From Novakomyces olei (taxonomy: Eukaryota), in assembly GCA_016906335.1 (NCBI GenBank), contig JADEYG010000005.1, forward strand, positions 62,001 to 126,000: a stretch of 64,000 nucleotides of DNA, read 5' to 3'. Below are positions 26,078 through 37,439 of this stretch, one piece after another. Position 1 is the stretch's first letter; every line of letters begins with the position of its first letter. The notes under the pieces were generated by a model, which was given only the letters and a program-made list of their open reading frames with translations, did not search any database and was not told the DNA's origin. The position numbers and the translations under genes were made by a program.

Positions 26078-28950
26078 ATGAGTGTAAAAGAGTCTAAACC
26101 GTCGAATTTGAATATTGCAGTCGTACCGCCGGCTGACAGAGGCAATCAATCGGATGACGATCTCTTGGTATCTAAAACATTTACTCGTCGCCGCTAACGC
26201 AGCAAGGCATCATTGGGCTATAAACCGGTAATCCGCAGTTACTTGATTTACCAATATTGCTTCTGATGCTTTACAGGTTCTTCATCGAACGTTCAATCTG
26301 TTTGAAAACTTTTCCACGTCTTTTGGTACCCCACACCCGACTATTATTCGTTTTTCAATTTTCTCGCCTTGATTGTGCGAAACGCGAGATATGTCCATTA
26401 TATTGTATCTTCCAAAATCATTATTGGTTTTTCTTGGGCTTTCACGTGCGTTCTTGGAAATCCTGAGCCCGATCCATTACTTCGCCGCTTCGGCAAGCAT
26501 TTGATTTTTTAATATTGCTTAGAAATTTGTCTGTCTTTATTTGAATTTGCTCGATAATATAATTCAAAACTATTATTAAATTTTAAGTTTTATTTTATTT
26601 TATTTTATTTTCCGATGCTTTACAAGTTCGAGCATGTGACGCCTCTTTTTCATTTTATACTAAATGTTTGATTTGGCAGTTTATCATTTTTGATATCAAT
26701 AACATCCATAACCGTCTTTTATTCTATCGCTTGAATTTTTTTAAGCTTATCATTCATTATTAATCGCCAGCTGCCTTATATTTTGTGGGTGGCGTCCGAG
26801 TAACTTTCTCCACTGGAATCGCAGCCGGTGGCCCATTGGCTTATTGGTATTTCGTCGTGGGTTTCAGCTTTATTCTAATAAAACGAGGACGAGTTACGTC
26901 GTTACGTGTTTTTTCACTTTTATTACAGCCGCCGTCGTAGCAGAAGCGTGTTCTGCGTCGCCAACAGCTGGCTCTATTTATTTATGGGCAGCAGAAGCGG
27001 GTGGACGGCGATTTGGTCGTCTTTTCGGGTTCGTCGTGGCGTGGTGGAGTACTACAGCCTGGACGACTTTTTGTGCTAGTAAGACATAGCAGAATCTTTT
27101 GTGAAGAAAAAAATTAGAGAAGATCAACAGGAATTGATTATTAAAATACATGAAATAATATGAGAAGGAAGAACGAAATGTAGTGTATGGTTTATTAAAC
27201 CTTGTGGAGGCAATACACAATCGGCTGTAAATTACATGCTCTCGGTACAAATACTTCACTTTTTTATTTATTCATATAATAGGAAATTGTCGTGTTTAAT
27301 CTCGATTTTCCGACGAATACGGACAATGTCAAATTCCGTGCCGTACAGTGGATCTGCACCGAGGTTATGCTCGCTCTTGCTGTTTTTTCAAATTTGATGC
27401 CACGTATGAATTTATATCTCTTTGCTTTGATTGTTATTAGAGGTTCAAACTTGGGATAAATCAATCTGAACTTTTATCGTTTGCATATATTTATTATTAC
27501 CGTTCTTTAAAACGTTCAATTCAACATTATCAGGCTACTTTTTAATATTACCTAATTGTTACAACAACTGATTTTCAGCGAGGCTATTTCGATACGTTTT
27601 CCTTTTCTCGACAGCCTGTGTGTTCCTCGACTTTTTCCTCAATCTAATATGGCTTCCCATTGGCGCGCATAGTACCTTGGGTCTACGTTCTGCCCATGAA
27701 GCCTTTTTAACCCAATACAACGGTACTGGAGCTAGTCCGGGCTGGAATTGGTGCCTTTCCTATTTGGCTACTGCTGGAATTCTTATAGGCTTTGATGCTT
27801 CTGGTCACGTTGCGGAGGAGACAAGAAACGCAGCTGTAAATGCCGCCAAGGGTATTTTTTGGAGTACCGTTGTCAGTGGTGTCCTCGGGTTTTGCGCCGT
27901 TATTCTTTTCCTCTTTACTATGGTAAAAGAACCAGATGTTTATTTGTTTGAATTATTTTCTGGCTTCTATTAATACTGTTCTAGCCTCCCATTGATGTTT
28001 TGTTTGCGTACGATGCACCACAGCCTTTTGTGCCCTTGTATGCCGCACTATTAGGTGAAGGTGGTCATATTATTATGAACATTTTGTCAATCGTTGCCTT
28101 ATGGCTGGTGAGTGTTCTCTTGTCTGTCTTATTCAACAGTGCTATTTCGTTGTGCTTTAAAAGCTCTCCTCTATTTTAAGCTACCACATATGTTTTCCTT
28201 ACTCCTTTAGTCTTTTAATATTTAGTTCTTTTCAAACTGTTTCCTTCCTTTTACCAATACTTATTCCGAGAATACGGCTATCGCTATAACAGCAGCCTCG
28301 CGATTAGTTTTTGCAGTTGCACGTGACGGCGTTTTACCGGGATCCAAATGGGTCGCGCGTGTTTCAGCGGCTGGTCAGCCTCGTAATGCTATTTTGGTCG
28401 TTTGGATTGCTGCATCAATAATTAGTTGTACTATTTTACCGTCTGCTGTGGCTTTCACGTCACTTGTTTCTGCTGCTGGGGTTCCCTCAGCGGCCGCCTA
28501 CGGCCTTATTAGCATTGGGAGATTATTCCTGGCTGATTCTAGCAGACTTGATGCTAAATGGTCGCTTGGACGGCTCAGCAAACCTTTTAATCTTATATCT
28601 ATTGTATGGAATGCCTGGGTCGTGGCTGTATTGTTCTCGCCCTATGCATTCCCCGTATCGGCCTCAACACTGAATTGTCCGTGGCTCTAAGCATTTACAA
28701 ATTTCACTTTGTGATTTAGTCTAAACTCACAATTTACAATTTACAGTTTAAAATTTAAAATTTTTTTTGTTTCACTTTTTGCGTGAGCAGGTTACAAATC
28801 GCAAAATTGCTAATTATAGATGCTCCTGTAATCATGGCAATTGTTACGATATTTGCTTTGATTTGCTGGATTTTTACACCAGCATCATCATGGCTACCAA
28901 AGGATCGATTGGCTGAGGTAGAACGCAATATCGAACGACGGGCTTGTTAG
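26078..28950 (+). CDS. APC-superfamily (ACT-like) amino acid/amine permease, about 11 exons including microexons
   Basis: DDDLL|ASLGYKP|VLHRTFNLFENFSTSF|AALYFVGG, AEACSASPTAGSIYLW, GFDASGHVAEET, ASRLVFAVARDG; stop TAG 28948-28950. Confidence 0.82.
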
Positions 28951-29623
28951 CAGGAGCGAATGCTTTCGAGGCAGATGTCTTTGTTGCAATTAGTTCAATA
29001 AAATTAACTACTTGAGTCGTATAAAACAGACAGGATACCGTAATAAAAAAGTATATAGTAGGGACATGTGTCGGTCTCTTGTGTTAAATTTTTTATGGAA
29101 TTAAGATTTGTTCAAGACTCATGTCAGCACCTGTTTCAAGTAATCGAAGGACCCATATATTGTCTTGAATCTGCTACAATAATATTTAGAAAACCTGTTG
29201 CTGAATGGCTCACTTGTTCACGTAAAGAAGCATCATTGTAAGTACACATATCACTATTATATTACTTGAAACCTGATTCATTGCTTCGCAAGCAAAGGAC
29301 CTTTATATCATCAATATGCATTACATATTGTGTCGAAACTCCATTTTTCCAAGGTCAAGACTCTTTGTACAATGAATAGCTCAATTGTCGGGTTTAGTTG
29401 AATTTACTGAAAGGATTGCAGTTGACTCTAAATCTTACAAATAGCTTTACATCAAACAAGAAGGATGCTAATTGTACAAATTGATTCATCGTGTAATTTA
29501 AACACAAGTCAAAAGATATAACATTCTCAGAAATCTTAAGAGTAAAGATTTCGATAGTAAACCGACCGTCCTTCAAAATAACCCATCTTAATTCCATAGC
29601 CACTCCGCAAATATCTGTATTCT

Positions 29624-31788
29624 CTACTTTCGTCTAAGAACAAAATTGTATATTTCACGGAAAAATGATTTTTCCGGCTTGTCGATGAACATCGACTCGT
29701 ACTTGTCAATGGCGGGACGGTCCCAAACAAGATCAGCTTCGTGAGACTTTACGAACTTTGTCTTTTTCAATAGTTTCCAAAAAACGTAAAATATGGGGAA
29801 AACAAAACACATTAGGTAGAATGTGAAAAATGTGCCCGTATTCCATTGTCCCGGTAGAAATGTCGTGTAGCCATAAGTTCCGACGGTCAGCGTCATGAAA
29901 ATAGCACCAAATATTGCGGAATAAGGCTGGCACCAGCCTTTATACGGCAGTGTATTGCGATCATATCCTTGTGCCTTCATAGCACGGTAAAAGAAGAGAT
30001 AAGTTATACACATCGTTATATAATTGACAATCTGTGAAGCCTCCGTAAGATTTGATAGCCTTAAAGTTAGCAACCACGCGTGAACAGAATTATTTCTGTG
30101 AACTTACCAGGTGATTCCCTGTGACGCGCTGCTGCCGACACTCAAGAATGAAAGAAAAGAAAATGCCATTGTGAGCAGGAAACAAAAGACGGGTATTCCA
30201 TTGCGAGTACAGCGAAGAAAGATTCGAGGTGCCATCCCATCTTTGGCCAGAGCATACAGAACACGGGACGCTGCAAACACATACGTGTTCCCTGCTGAGA
30301 AAATACTCGTCACCAGTAGCGCATTTGTCAAGTCTGGAAGTCCCTTTATCTTCATGTTGGTCATAGCCACGACATAAGGCGAAGTGGCAGCATTTCCAGT
30401 GTTTCCATTGTTCAAGAGATTGTTTAAAGTTGGATCGTTGTACGGAACGACAATTCCAACACACAATGCACCACCGATAAAGAATATGCCAAAGCGCAAA
30501 TAAACGGTTTTAAATGCTCGCTTGATCGTCTTGCGGGCTGAAGAGTTAGACTCATTAGGAAATTATAAAATGACTATTGTAGACAAAGCGTCCAATCAAA
30601 TTGAAATCCAATTAGACGCATAAAAACCTTGTAAAATAATTAAATGCACGAGTCGAAAAAATGCTCGCTATTGAAAACTAAAAATATGTGAAGAAAATGA
30701 AGCTTACGATGCTGTGCTTCAGCTGCCACCATGGCAATGTACTCTGGACCAACGATTGTGAACGCGCCTGTAAAGTGAGTAAACCGATCTCAAAATTTTT
30801 AACTTACCTTCATACAAAGCGGCCAGGAATCCTTCAAATCGTCCCAAGGGGCCAGTAGCCATATACTCTGCAAAGGCGCCCGGATTATTCCAATATCGAA
30901 ATCCATAAGCGTCGTGCTGTGGGTTTCCACCAACCTAATTAGATGAGTAAAAGAGGATTTCAAAGGCGAAACCAAATATTGATCAAGCACGTGCTACTAT
31001 AGCCACAGCGTCATAGAAAATTACTCACCATCGTTACAAAAGTAAACATAAATACAATGCCGATAAGTATGACTTTGCCGCCCGAAAGCCAAAACTCTGC
31101 TTCGCCATACCATCCAACAGCAACAATATTCAATAATCTATGCGAAGATCAGTAAACTGCGGCCGTATATCCAGTATTAATTTGCTGACGAAAACACTTA
31201 CGCATAAAGGACAATGCAGGCAACACAAATCGCAGCAGGCGGAATATGCGAGCTCCAATAATCGAGAACAAGAATAAGGGCTCTGTTTTCAAACGTTAGC
31301 ACTAGGCCAAGTCATAAGCAAAGCACTTACGAGATCTCAAAGGGAATGAGAAAAGCGAGATAGACAAAAAAATTCCAGCCGACAGCAAACCCAAAAGCCG
31401 GATCAACCCATTTCGCAGCCATGCGAACAAAGGACCCGTTTACGGGCATGAAGCAAACCATTTCTGCCAAGGAATTGTTTACATTGGCTATGAAAAGGCA
31501 ATAACAGATCCATGAAATGAATAGTGATCCTGGTCCACCTTCCACGAGACCCCAAGCAATGCTAACAAACAAGGCTGTACCAATTGAACCGCCAATGGCA
31601 ATAAGCTGAATCTGACGGTTTGTCAGGTTGCGTTGCAAGTCTGTTTGCTCGGAAACAATAGCCGAGTCCAGATCTTCAATGTCGCCCTCCTGCACAGACC
31701 CATCCCCAGGCCTCTCGCTTTTGTTGGAGTCCTTGCTTCCAAGCTCTTGCAGCTTGTAGCCGGACACCAATTTCTCTGTGAAGCCCAT
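29624..31788 (-). CDS. Yeast amino acid transporter (YAT) family permease, Agp2-like, multi-exon
   Basis: RQIQLIAIGGSIGTALFVSI, GFAVGWNF, YGEAEFWLSGGKV, FTIVGPEYIAMVAAE, SPYVVAM, SAGNTY, LPYKGWCQPY. Confidence 0.85.
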
Positions 31789-32401
31789 TTCGCGGGGGTA
31801 AAGCGGTGGACAAGGCTTTCTTTGAAAGTGCTGGAATTTGACGATCTTTTTTGCCCCTTAAAGCAGCTTCATTTGTTAGTATAATCGAAGCGAAGAAAGT
31901 GGTTTATATAAGCGAGAGCCAATGACGACACCAAAGTAATTAACCCGTCAGACATAAACAAATAACAAATATTACTAGCAAGTAAAAAGAATATAGAAGA
32001 ATTAATCGCCGTGCATGTCAATCAAATAAGAGAAAATAGGCGACCAATACATACAGTCAGGGCCAAACCTGTTTGGCAATGTTTTTCGATAACGACAAGG
32101 AACGAACTTACCAGCAACGGGGCCAATGCAGACTCAAATTTTCCAATGACGGCTCAGCTGCACTGTTTATATAAGAATAAAATTATCCGAGCGCAGCTGG
32201 GTTCAACCTTGTAATTGATTTCAGCTTGAGACTCTCCAGAGATACGTCCAGCGGCCATTACGTACAGGCAGATACTATAAACAGGCGTATCTATTGGCTC
32301 GGATATATGAGACGCTTGATGTGCATTTAGCTGAATACTTATCAAGCAGGGTTCGTTCCATGATAGCGGGCCCATTGGCAAAGAGACATAATAAACATAA
32401 A

Positions 32402-32805
32402 AGATAAGATCTCATGGTGGTTTAACAACGGAATTTCAGTTGTTAAGGAATTCCTACGGATGATTAAGTTTCAGTAACCAAACAAGTAAAAGAATTATTA
32501 ATAAAACAATAGGGATAAGAAACGTTTATCATTAAAAGTATTACCATAGCATTACTTGCAAGAAATAAATAATCCGCAAAAGTAATCGGTGCCCGGAAAC
32601 CGATGACGCCGGGCAGATAAGAATACGAGGTGTCAGGCAGCATGGAATTTCATTCGACACGATTATGTAATATAAGCTAGACGGAAAAGGCAATAACTTG
32701 AGTACGCAGATAGGCGAAAAAAAAATAAGCGTATATGATTGGTAGACATTGCCGACCGCAAATAAATTGCCCTTTCCAAGAGGGAATTAATGTCAGGCAG
32801 ATAAG
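32402..32805 (+). promoter_or_regulatory. Cluster of GATAAG sites (about 32402, 32514, 32616, 32800), putative GATA-factor nitrogen-regulation elements, in the Agp2-like/2OG-B divergent promoter
   Basis: Four same-strand GATAAG sites in 400 bp. HGATAR is the established AreA/Gln3/Gat1-type site. Confidence 0.55.
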
Positions 32806-33150
32806 CTGTCGACTTTCCCGGCCAAACAAAAGCCGTCAAACACGTTGAAAGAACATGGATAAAGAAAAGTATAAAGTTCTGACAGAATGCCTTAAAAGGA
32901 GACAGCAGGGCGGACGAGACCGCCGTGCAAAATATAAGGGGCGGGGATTAGTTGTGTAAATGTAGTTTGTCGTACATTAATAATCACCATTGCCCACAAT
33001 ATTTTAACCATATTGCAAATATCGTCTCCCCACGTGACGGACACAGCCAGCCAATCTCGGCGGCGTCGCTTTACCTCGATTAGATACCGCCAAGTGGGTA
33101 CAGACCAACGTTAGCTATACCCCTCGTTTTGTCGTACACGGCACCCAACC

Positions 33151-34158
33151 ATGTTGGCAAGCAATGCAGTCGATACAGCCAGAATGCCGACAAGCGTACA
33201 GTTTGATGCAGAGCGCCATCTTGCCATCGAGCTGCCGAAGCATATCGATCGGCTCTCCGATTTGGGTCTCGCTCAGGAACAAGAACTTTCAGACTTTGGG
33301 GCGTGTGCGCCTTTCCCCGTATTCACTCGCGAGGCTGTAGAGCTTATGCGGAACGATATCCTGAGCAAACCGGTTCTGGACAACTGCGTTTTTTCGCGGC
33401 CGGCTGCTCCTTGCTTTGTCAGGGGTTATGCTGGACGGTACTCGAGCTTTATCCGCGATGCTTGGATGCACCCAAAAGTACTGGCAACGCTTTCCAGCAT
33501 TGTCGGCCGTGAAGTTGTGCCTGTGTGTGACTATGAGATCGGGCACACAAACATTCAGCTGGACAATTCCGGTCTGGACGGACTGGCGTCGATACCCACG
33601 GCAATCGACACCCGTCGGGCCGAAGCTAATGTGAGCGAGAGTGAAGTGGACACTGCCCATTCGTACGACAGCAAACCCGTACACGACTGGCACTATGATC
33701 AGGTGCAGTTTGTAGCGCTTTTAATGCTTTCAGACACGTCCAGCATGCGCGGAGGACATACGGCCATTCGCTGTGGAGACGGAAGTGTTCGCAATATTCC
33801 GTGCCCTGGGCTAGGCCAGGTAGTGATTATGCAGGGTGGCCGAATTATGCACGCTGCTACCCGGTCAACAGCCCTGCCGGGCACTATTGCGCCAGAGCGA
33901 ATTGTCAGTGTGACTTCTCTGCGCTTTAAGGACCCTAATCTTCCCGATACAACGAACTTGCAAACCGCTCGGGAAGTGGAGAACCTTCAGGAAGCTTGCC
34001 GTCAGTATGCGCTATACCGAACAGAGATAATGTGCCAGAGACTCCAGGCTGCCATCCTGGCAAACAACCTGCAGACAGCAGCATTCGATCGTCAAGCATT
34101 CGCTTCATACTTGAACGAACAGATTTCGTTCATGCAACATACGGCCGCGCAAATGTAG
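33151..34158 (+). CDS. Uncharacterised Fe(II)/2OG dioxygenase-fold protein (paralogue B of 14818-15950), intronless
   Basis: FDAERHL, PFPVFTREAVELMR, DYEIGHTN, WHYD (HxD), GGHTA, MQGGRIMHAA (distal His), ERIVSVTSLR. Motif order is collinear with paralogue A. Confidence 0.8.
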   Translation: MLASNAVDTARMPTSVQFDAERHLAIELPKHIDRLSDLGLAQEQELSDFGACAPFPVFTREAVELMRNDILSKPVLDNCVFSRPAAPCFVRGYAGRYSSFIRDAWMHPKVLATLSSIVGREVVPVCDYEIGHTNIQLDNSGLDGLASIPTAIDTRRAEANVSESEVDTAHSYDSKPVHDWHYDQVQFVALLMLSDTSSMRGGHTAIRCGDGSVRNIPCPGLGQVVIMQGGRIMHAATRSTALPGTIAPERIVSVTSLRFKDPNLPDTTNLQTAREVENLQEACRQYALYRTEIMCQRLQAAILANNLQTAAFDRQAFASYLNEQISFMQHTAAQM

Positions 34159-34459
34159 CTGGCGCACGCACAAACTAGATGATGAGGGGAAAGAACCGAT
34201 TCATTGGCGGTACTCGATATCCCTGTTTTATAATGTATATTATTGGTTGTTTCTTTGTTTGTAGCGAGCTTGCGTCTTGCTCAAGTATTGTTTGTACTAC
34301 AGTTCAAAGCTATAATAGAGACTATGAATTCAAACTTAACTTTGCATAATAAATTTTGTTACTTTCCACTCGTTCGCTATAGATTGCTTTACTCCCCGAT
34401 TCAGGCAACGTCCTTAAATTGGGCAATTAGCCAACCTCTTGTTCTTTTGCTGCCTTTTT

Positions 34460-36531
34460 TCAGCATAAAATGTTTGTAAAATATTCGTCTAACAAAAAAC
34501 TGTCTATTCCACCACCAGATCCAACGAGACCATCTGGCCGTAAAATCACTATCCCGCCCTTGTCTATTGGAAAGCCAAACTTTTCGTGGGCTAAACTAGT
34601 AGTGTCGTAAAAAGTGTCCCCAAATGGATCCATCCCCAGAGTTTCGTAGGGCGAATATCCGGAAATTGCGCTTACTGTAATCCAACCCGCAGCGTTTTTA
34701 ACTTTTCCCAAATTTTTATTGCTCTCAAGATCGTGCTTTAACTGCAACAGTGATTCACGCGTGGACACCACGTTTCCCACAAAAACCAAAATCCAAAATT
34801 TGGCAAAGTTGCGCGTAATACGTTGAAGACGGATAACATGCCCTGTTCCAGGCACGCAAAGTTCCACATCAGCCGGCCGGCTTCCCGGAGGTTGCAGTCC
34901 TGCACTTGTCCCTCTTTTATTGACATCATTTGCGGGATAAGATATACCCAGCCCAGTGTTGAATGAAGCGGCTTTCTCAAAAATCTCTCCGAGTACGAGG
35001 TATGGGTCAGCATCCACATCGCCCTTGTACCACGAAGGCCACTTATGCGACATCAGTATTGAAATATCTCTGTCATAATCAATCAACTGCTGTACTGCCG
35101 TCATTCGCTCTGTTGAATACGTATCCAGAACGTTAGGTTTAGTGATATTTGCGATGTGCAGAGCAAGTTTCCAGCCTAAATTCACAGCATCATGAATACC
35201 CGTGTTTAGACCCTGTGCGGCTCCACTGCTGTGCGTATGAGCTGCGTCACCACAGAGAAAGACACGGTTCTTTGTAAATGTTGCGGCCTTTCTCTGGCCG
35301 ATTGAGTACCTGAGAACGATTAGCAGTTCATTCCAAGCTGAACACGAATTATTCAATCTGTTTTTATTCAATCTGTTTTTATTCAATCTGCTTTTATTCG
35401 GTCTATTTTTACAGTATTTTTTTAAATATTCTTTTGTCGCAAAGAGACTTACAGCGTCCACCAGTGAGTTTCTTTGAACGACACCTTGAACGGCTTCATG
35501 CACTCAATAGCTTCTTTTTCTGCTATTTCTTGTGTGATTCCGTGAGGATACTTTGAGGCAATTTCTGCGCTATAAGCATAACCGATTCGCGTTGCACCGT
35601 GATCCAGCGGCGCCCAAAGAACATTGCCATGAGTTTTGCTTTCAATGGCACTAGCAATTAGACAAGTCAAATCTAAAAGGTTTCTATAGTAATGCTCTAA
35701 TTACCCATAAGATCGGTTCAAGGGCATGTCGGTCTCCACTATTCCATCGATACGAACCCAAGCGTCACTCGTGGAATCGCCTTCAAACGGGATTCCGGCG
35801 TGTCTGCGGACAAAGCTTCGTCCGCCATCTGCTCCAACGAGATATTTGCTAAACTGTATCAGCCACCACACGCATTTCCGCATCTGACGGGTCCATTTGG
35901 AAACCAAAAATCCGCTTCTACTGCTCTCCTTACCTGTTCACACTGAACGTTTCTCCCGTACTCTTGACTTTAAAGCTCGCTTTCACGGAGTCGTTCACGT
36001 CTTGGAAATCAGTGCATTCCACTGACTGGAAATAATCTATTCCCATGCACCGTAGTTTTTCACGTAAAATTTCCTCAGTGTACATTTGACGAAGCACTAG
36101 CACAAAGTCATAGGTCGTGTCGGAAATATTCTCTATAAATGACCAGACTCTTCCGGGCAGCCTTCACGGATTAGCTGGTGCTGAAATATGAGATTCGCAT
36201 CTGAACGCAATCGCAAGACTAGGATAAAAAAATCAAACGGTTACGTATAGACGATGTCAACGTACACTCTTTCTCCGTCTTTGTAAGTTACGCTTGTTCG
36301 ACACGCAAAGCCGAGTTGGAGCATTGGCTCGATAAGATCTAATTGATCCAATAGTTCCAGAGTTCTTGGAAACAGGGCAATAGCTCTTCCGTATACGTCT
36401 TGCGTGCTTTTATCATACTGCTCCACAATACATACGCTGACTCCAAACCTTTTTAGCTGGTACGCAAGGAGCAAACCTACGGGACCTCCACCCACAATCA
36501 AAACATCGTAGCTTTCGGACTTGGGATACAT
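34460..36531 (-). CDS. Class A FAD-dependent monooxygenase (phenol hydroxylase PheA/TfdB-like), about 5 exons
   Basis: DVLIVGGGPVGL, YLVGADGGRS (DG motif), RVFLCGDAAHTHS...GLNTGIHDAVNLGWKL (GD motif), C-terminal ILRPDG. Confidence 0.88.
35349..35399. repeat. 15-bp tandem repeat (TTATTCAATCTGTTT) x3 in a monooxygenase intron
   Basis: Directly visible in the sequence. Confidence 0.9.
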
Positions 36532-37439
36532 CTCCAGTCTTGCTCGGTATTGCTTTACCGGTTTCTCGCAGAATATTGGTGCGAGCTTTATCGGTGTAAA
36601 AGAAGTAAAGTATTTCTAACAAGCTTTGCTCCTGGAATACTTTCGAGTCGAAATCCTTTAGGAAATTCAGTAAATTGGATTGTTTTCGTCTATTAGATAA
36701 AATGTCAATACCGCGTGTAACATTCGGCAATGTTTATTCCATTCAGTGAATTAGTTCCCAATAGAGAAACGTCTACCAAAAATTTGGATTTTGTTTTACA
36801 ATGTAAAGCGATGATATTGCCATATTTGCCTTTATATGGCTTTTATCCATCAATCGGCAAATATCATTATTCTTGAGGGTAAATATTATTCTATTAATTT
36901 TAAAGCGTTTGTCCTAAATTACGTTTTGTCGTCTTTTACAGCGATAGGAAACGTCCGACAGAATAAATTCGTACATATTAAAAGTCCACTATTTATAGCA
37001 CCCTTATCATATCCCACGTAAGATGTGGGGGCCAAATAGAGATTCCACAAGTACCGTTTCCGTACACGAAAACTATTTATCCGTCAAATTCTCGCGCGCC
37101 AAGTAAGCCAACCCACCGGTGTGAATAAATCCTCAAAGTAGAATACATTAATCGAAAAGATTTCGTATGTACTTGCGCATTGTTAATAGGTGCCTTAACT
37201 AGGTCAATATTAATATTTATGAACACATAGAATGGCCAAGCTATTATCATTATTGTCTAGTGTTATCGTTAAGCGTTGACATTAAAAGATTTTGTGCGGG
37301 GCGGGCGGCTATTATGAATACCCGCCCGTCCAATTTTCGTGTCTGATAACCCAATCTCACACTCTTAGTCCTCCTCTATTGCGAGACTGCTGAATTGACC
37401 AGCCTTGATTGTAGCACAGCCTTTTGATTTCCCGCGTCA

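Noticed and set aside
34460-36531. Monooxygenase as a trimethylamine monooxygenase feeding a TMAO demethylase
   Set aside because: Its motifs are class A aromatic hydroxylase (DG, GD, RPDG), not class B FMO (FxGxxxHxxxY), so TMA oxidation is unsupported.
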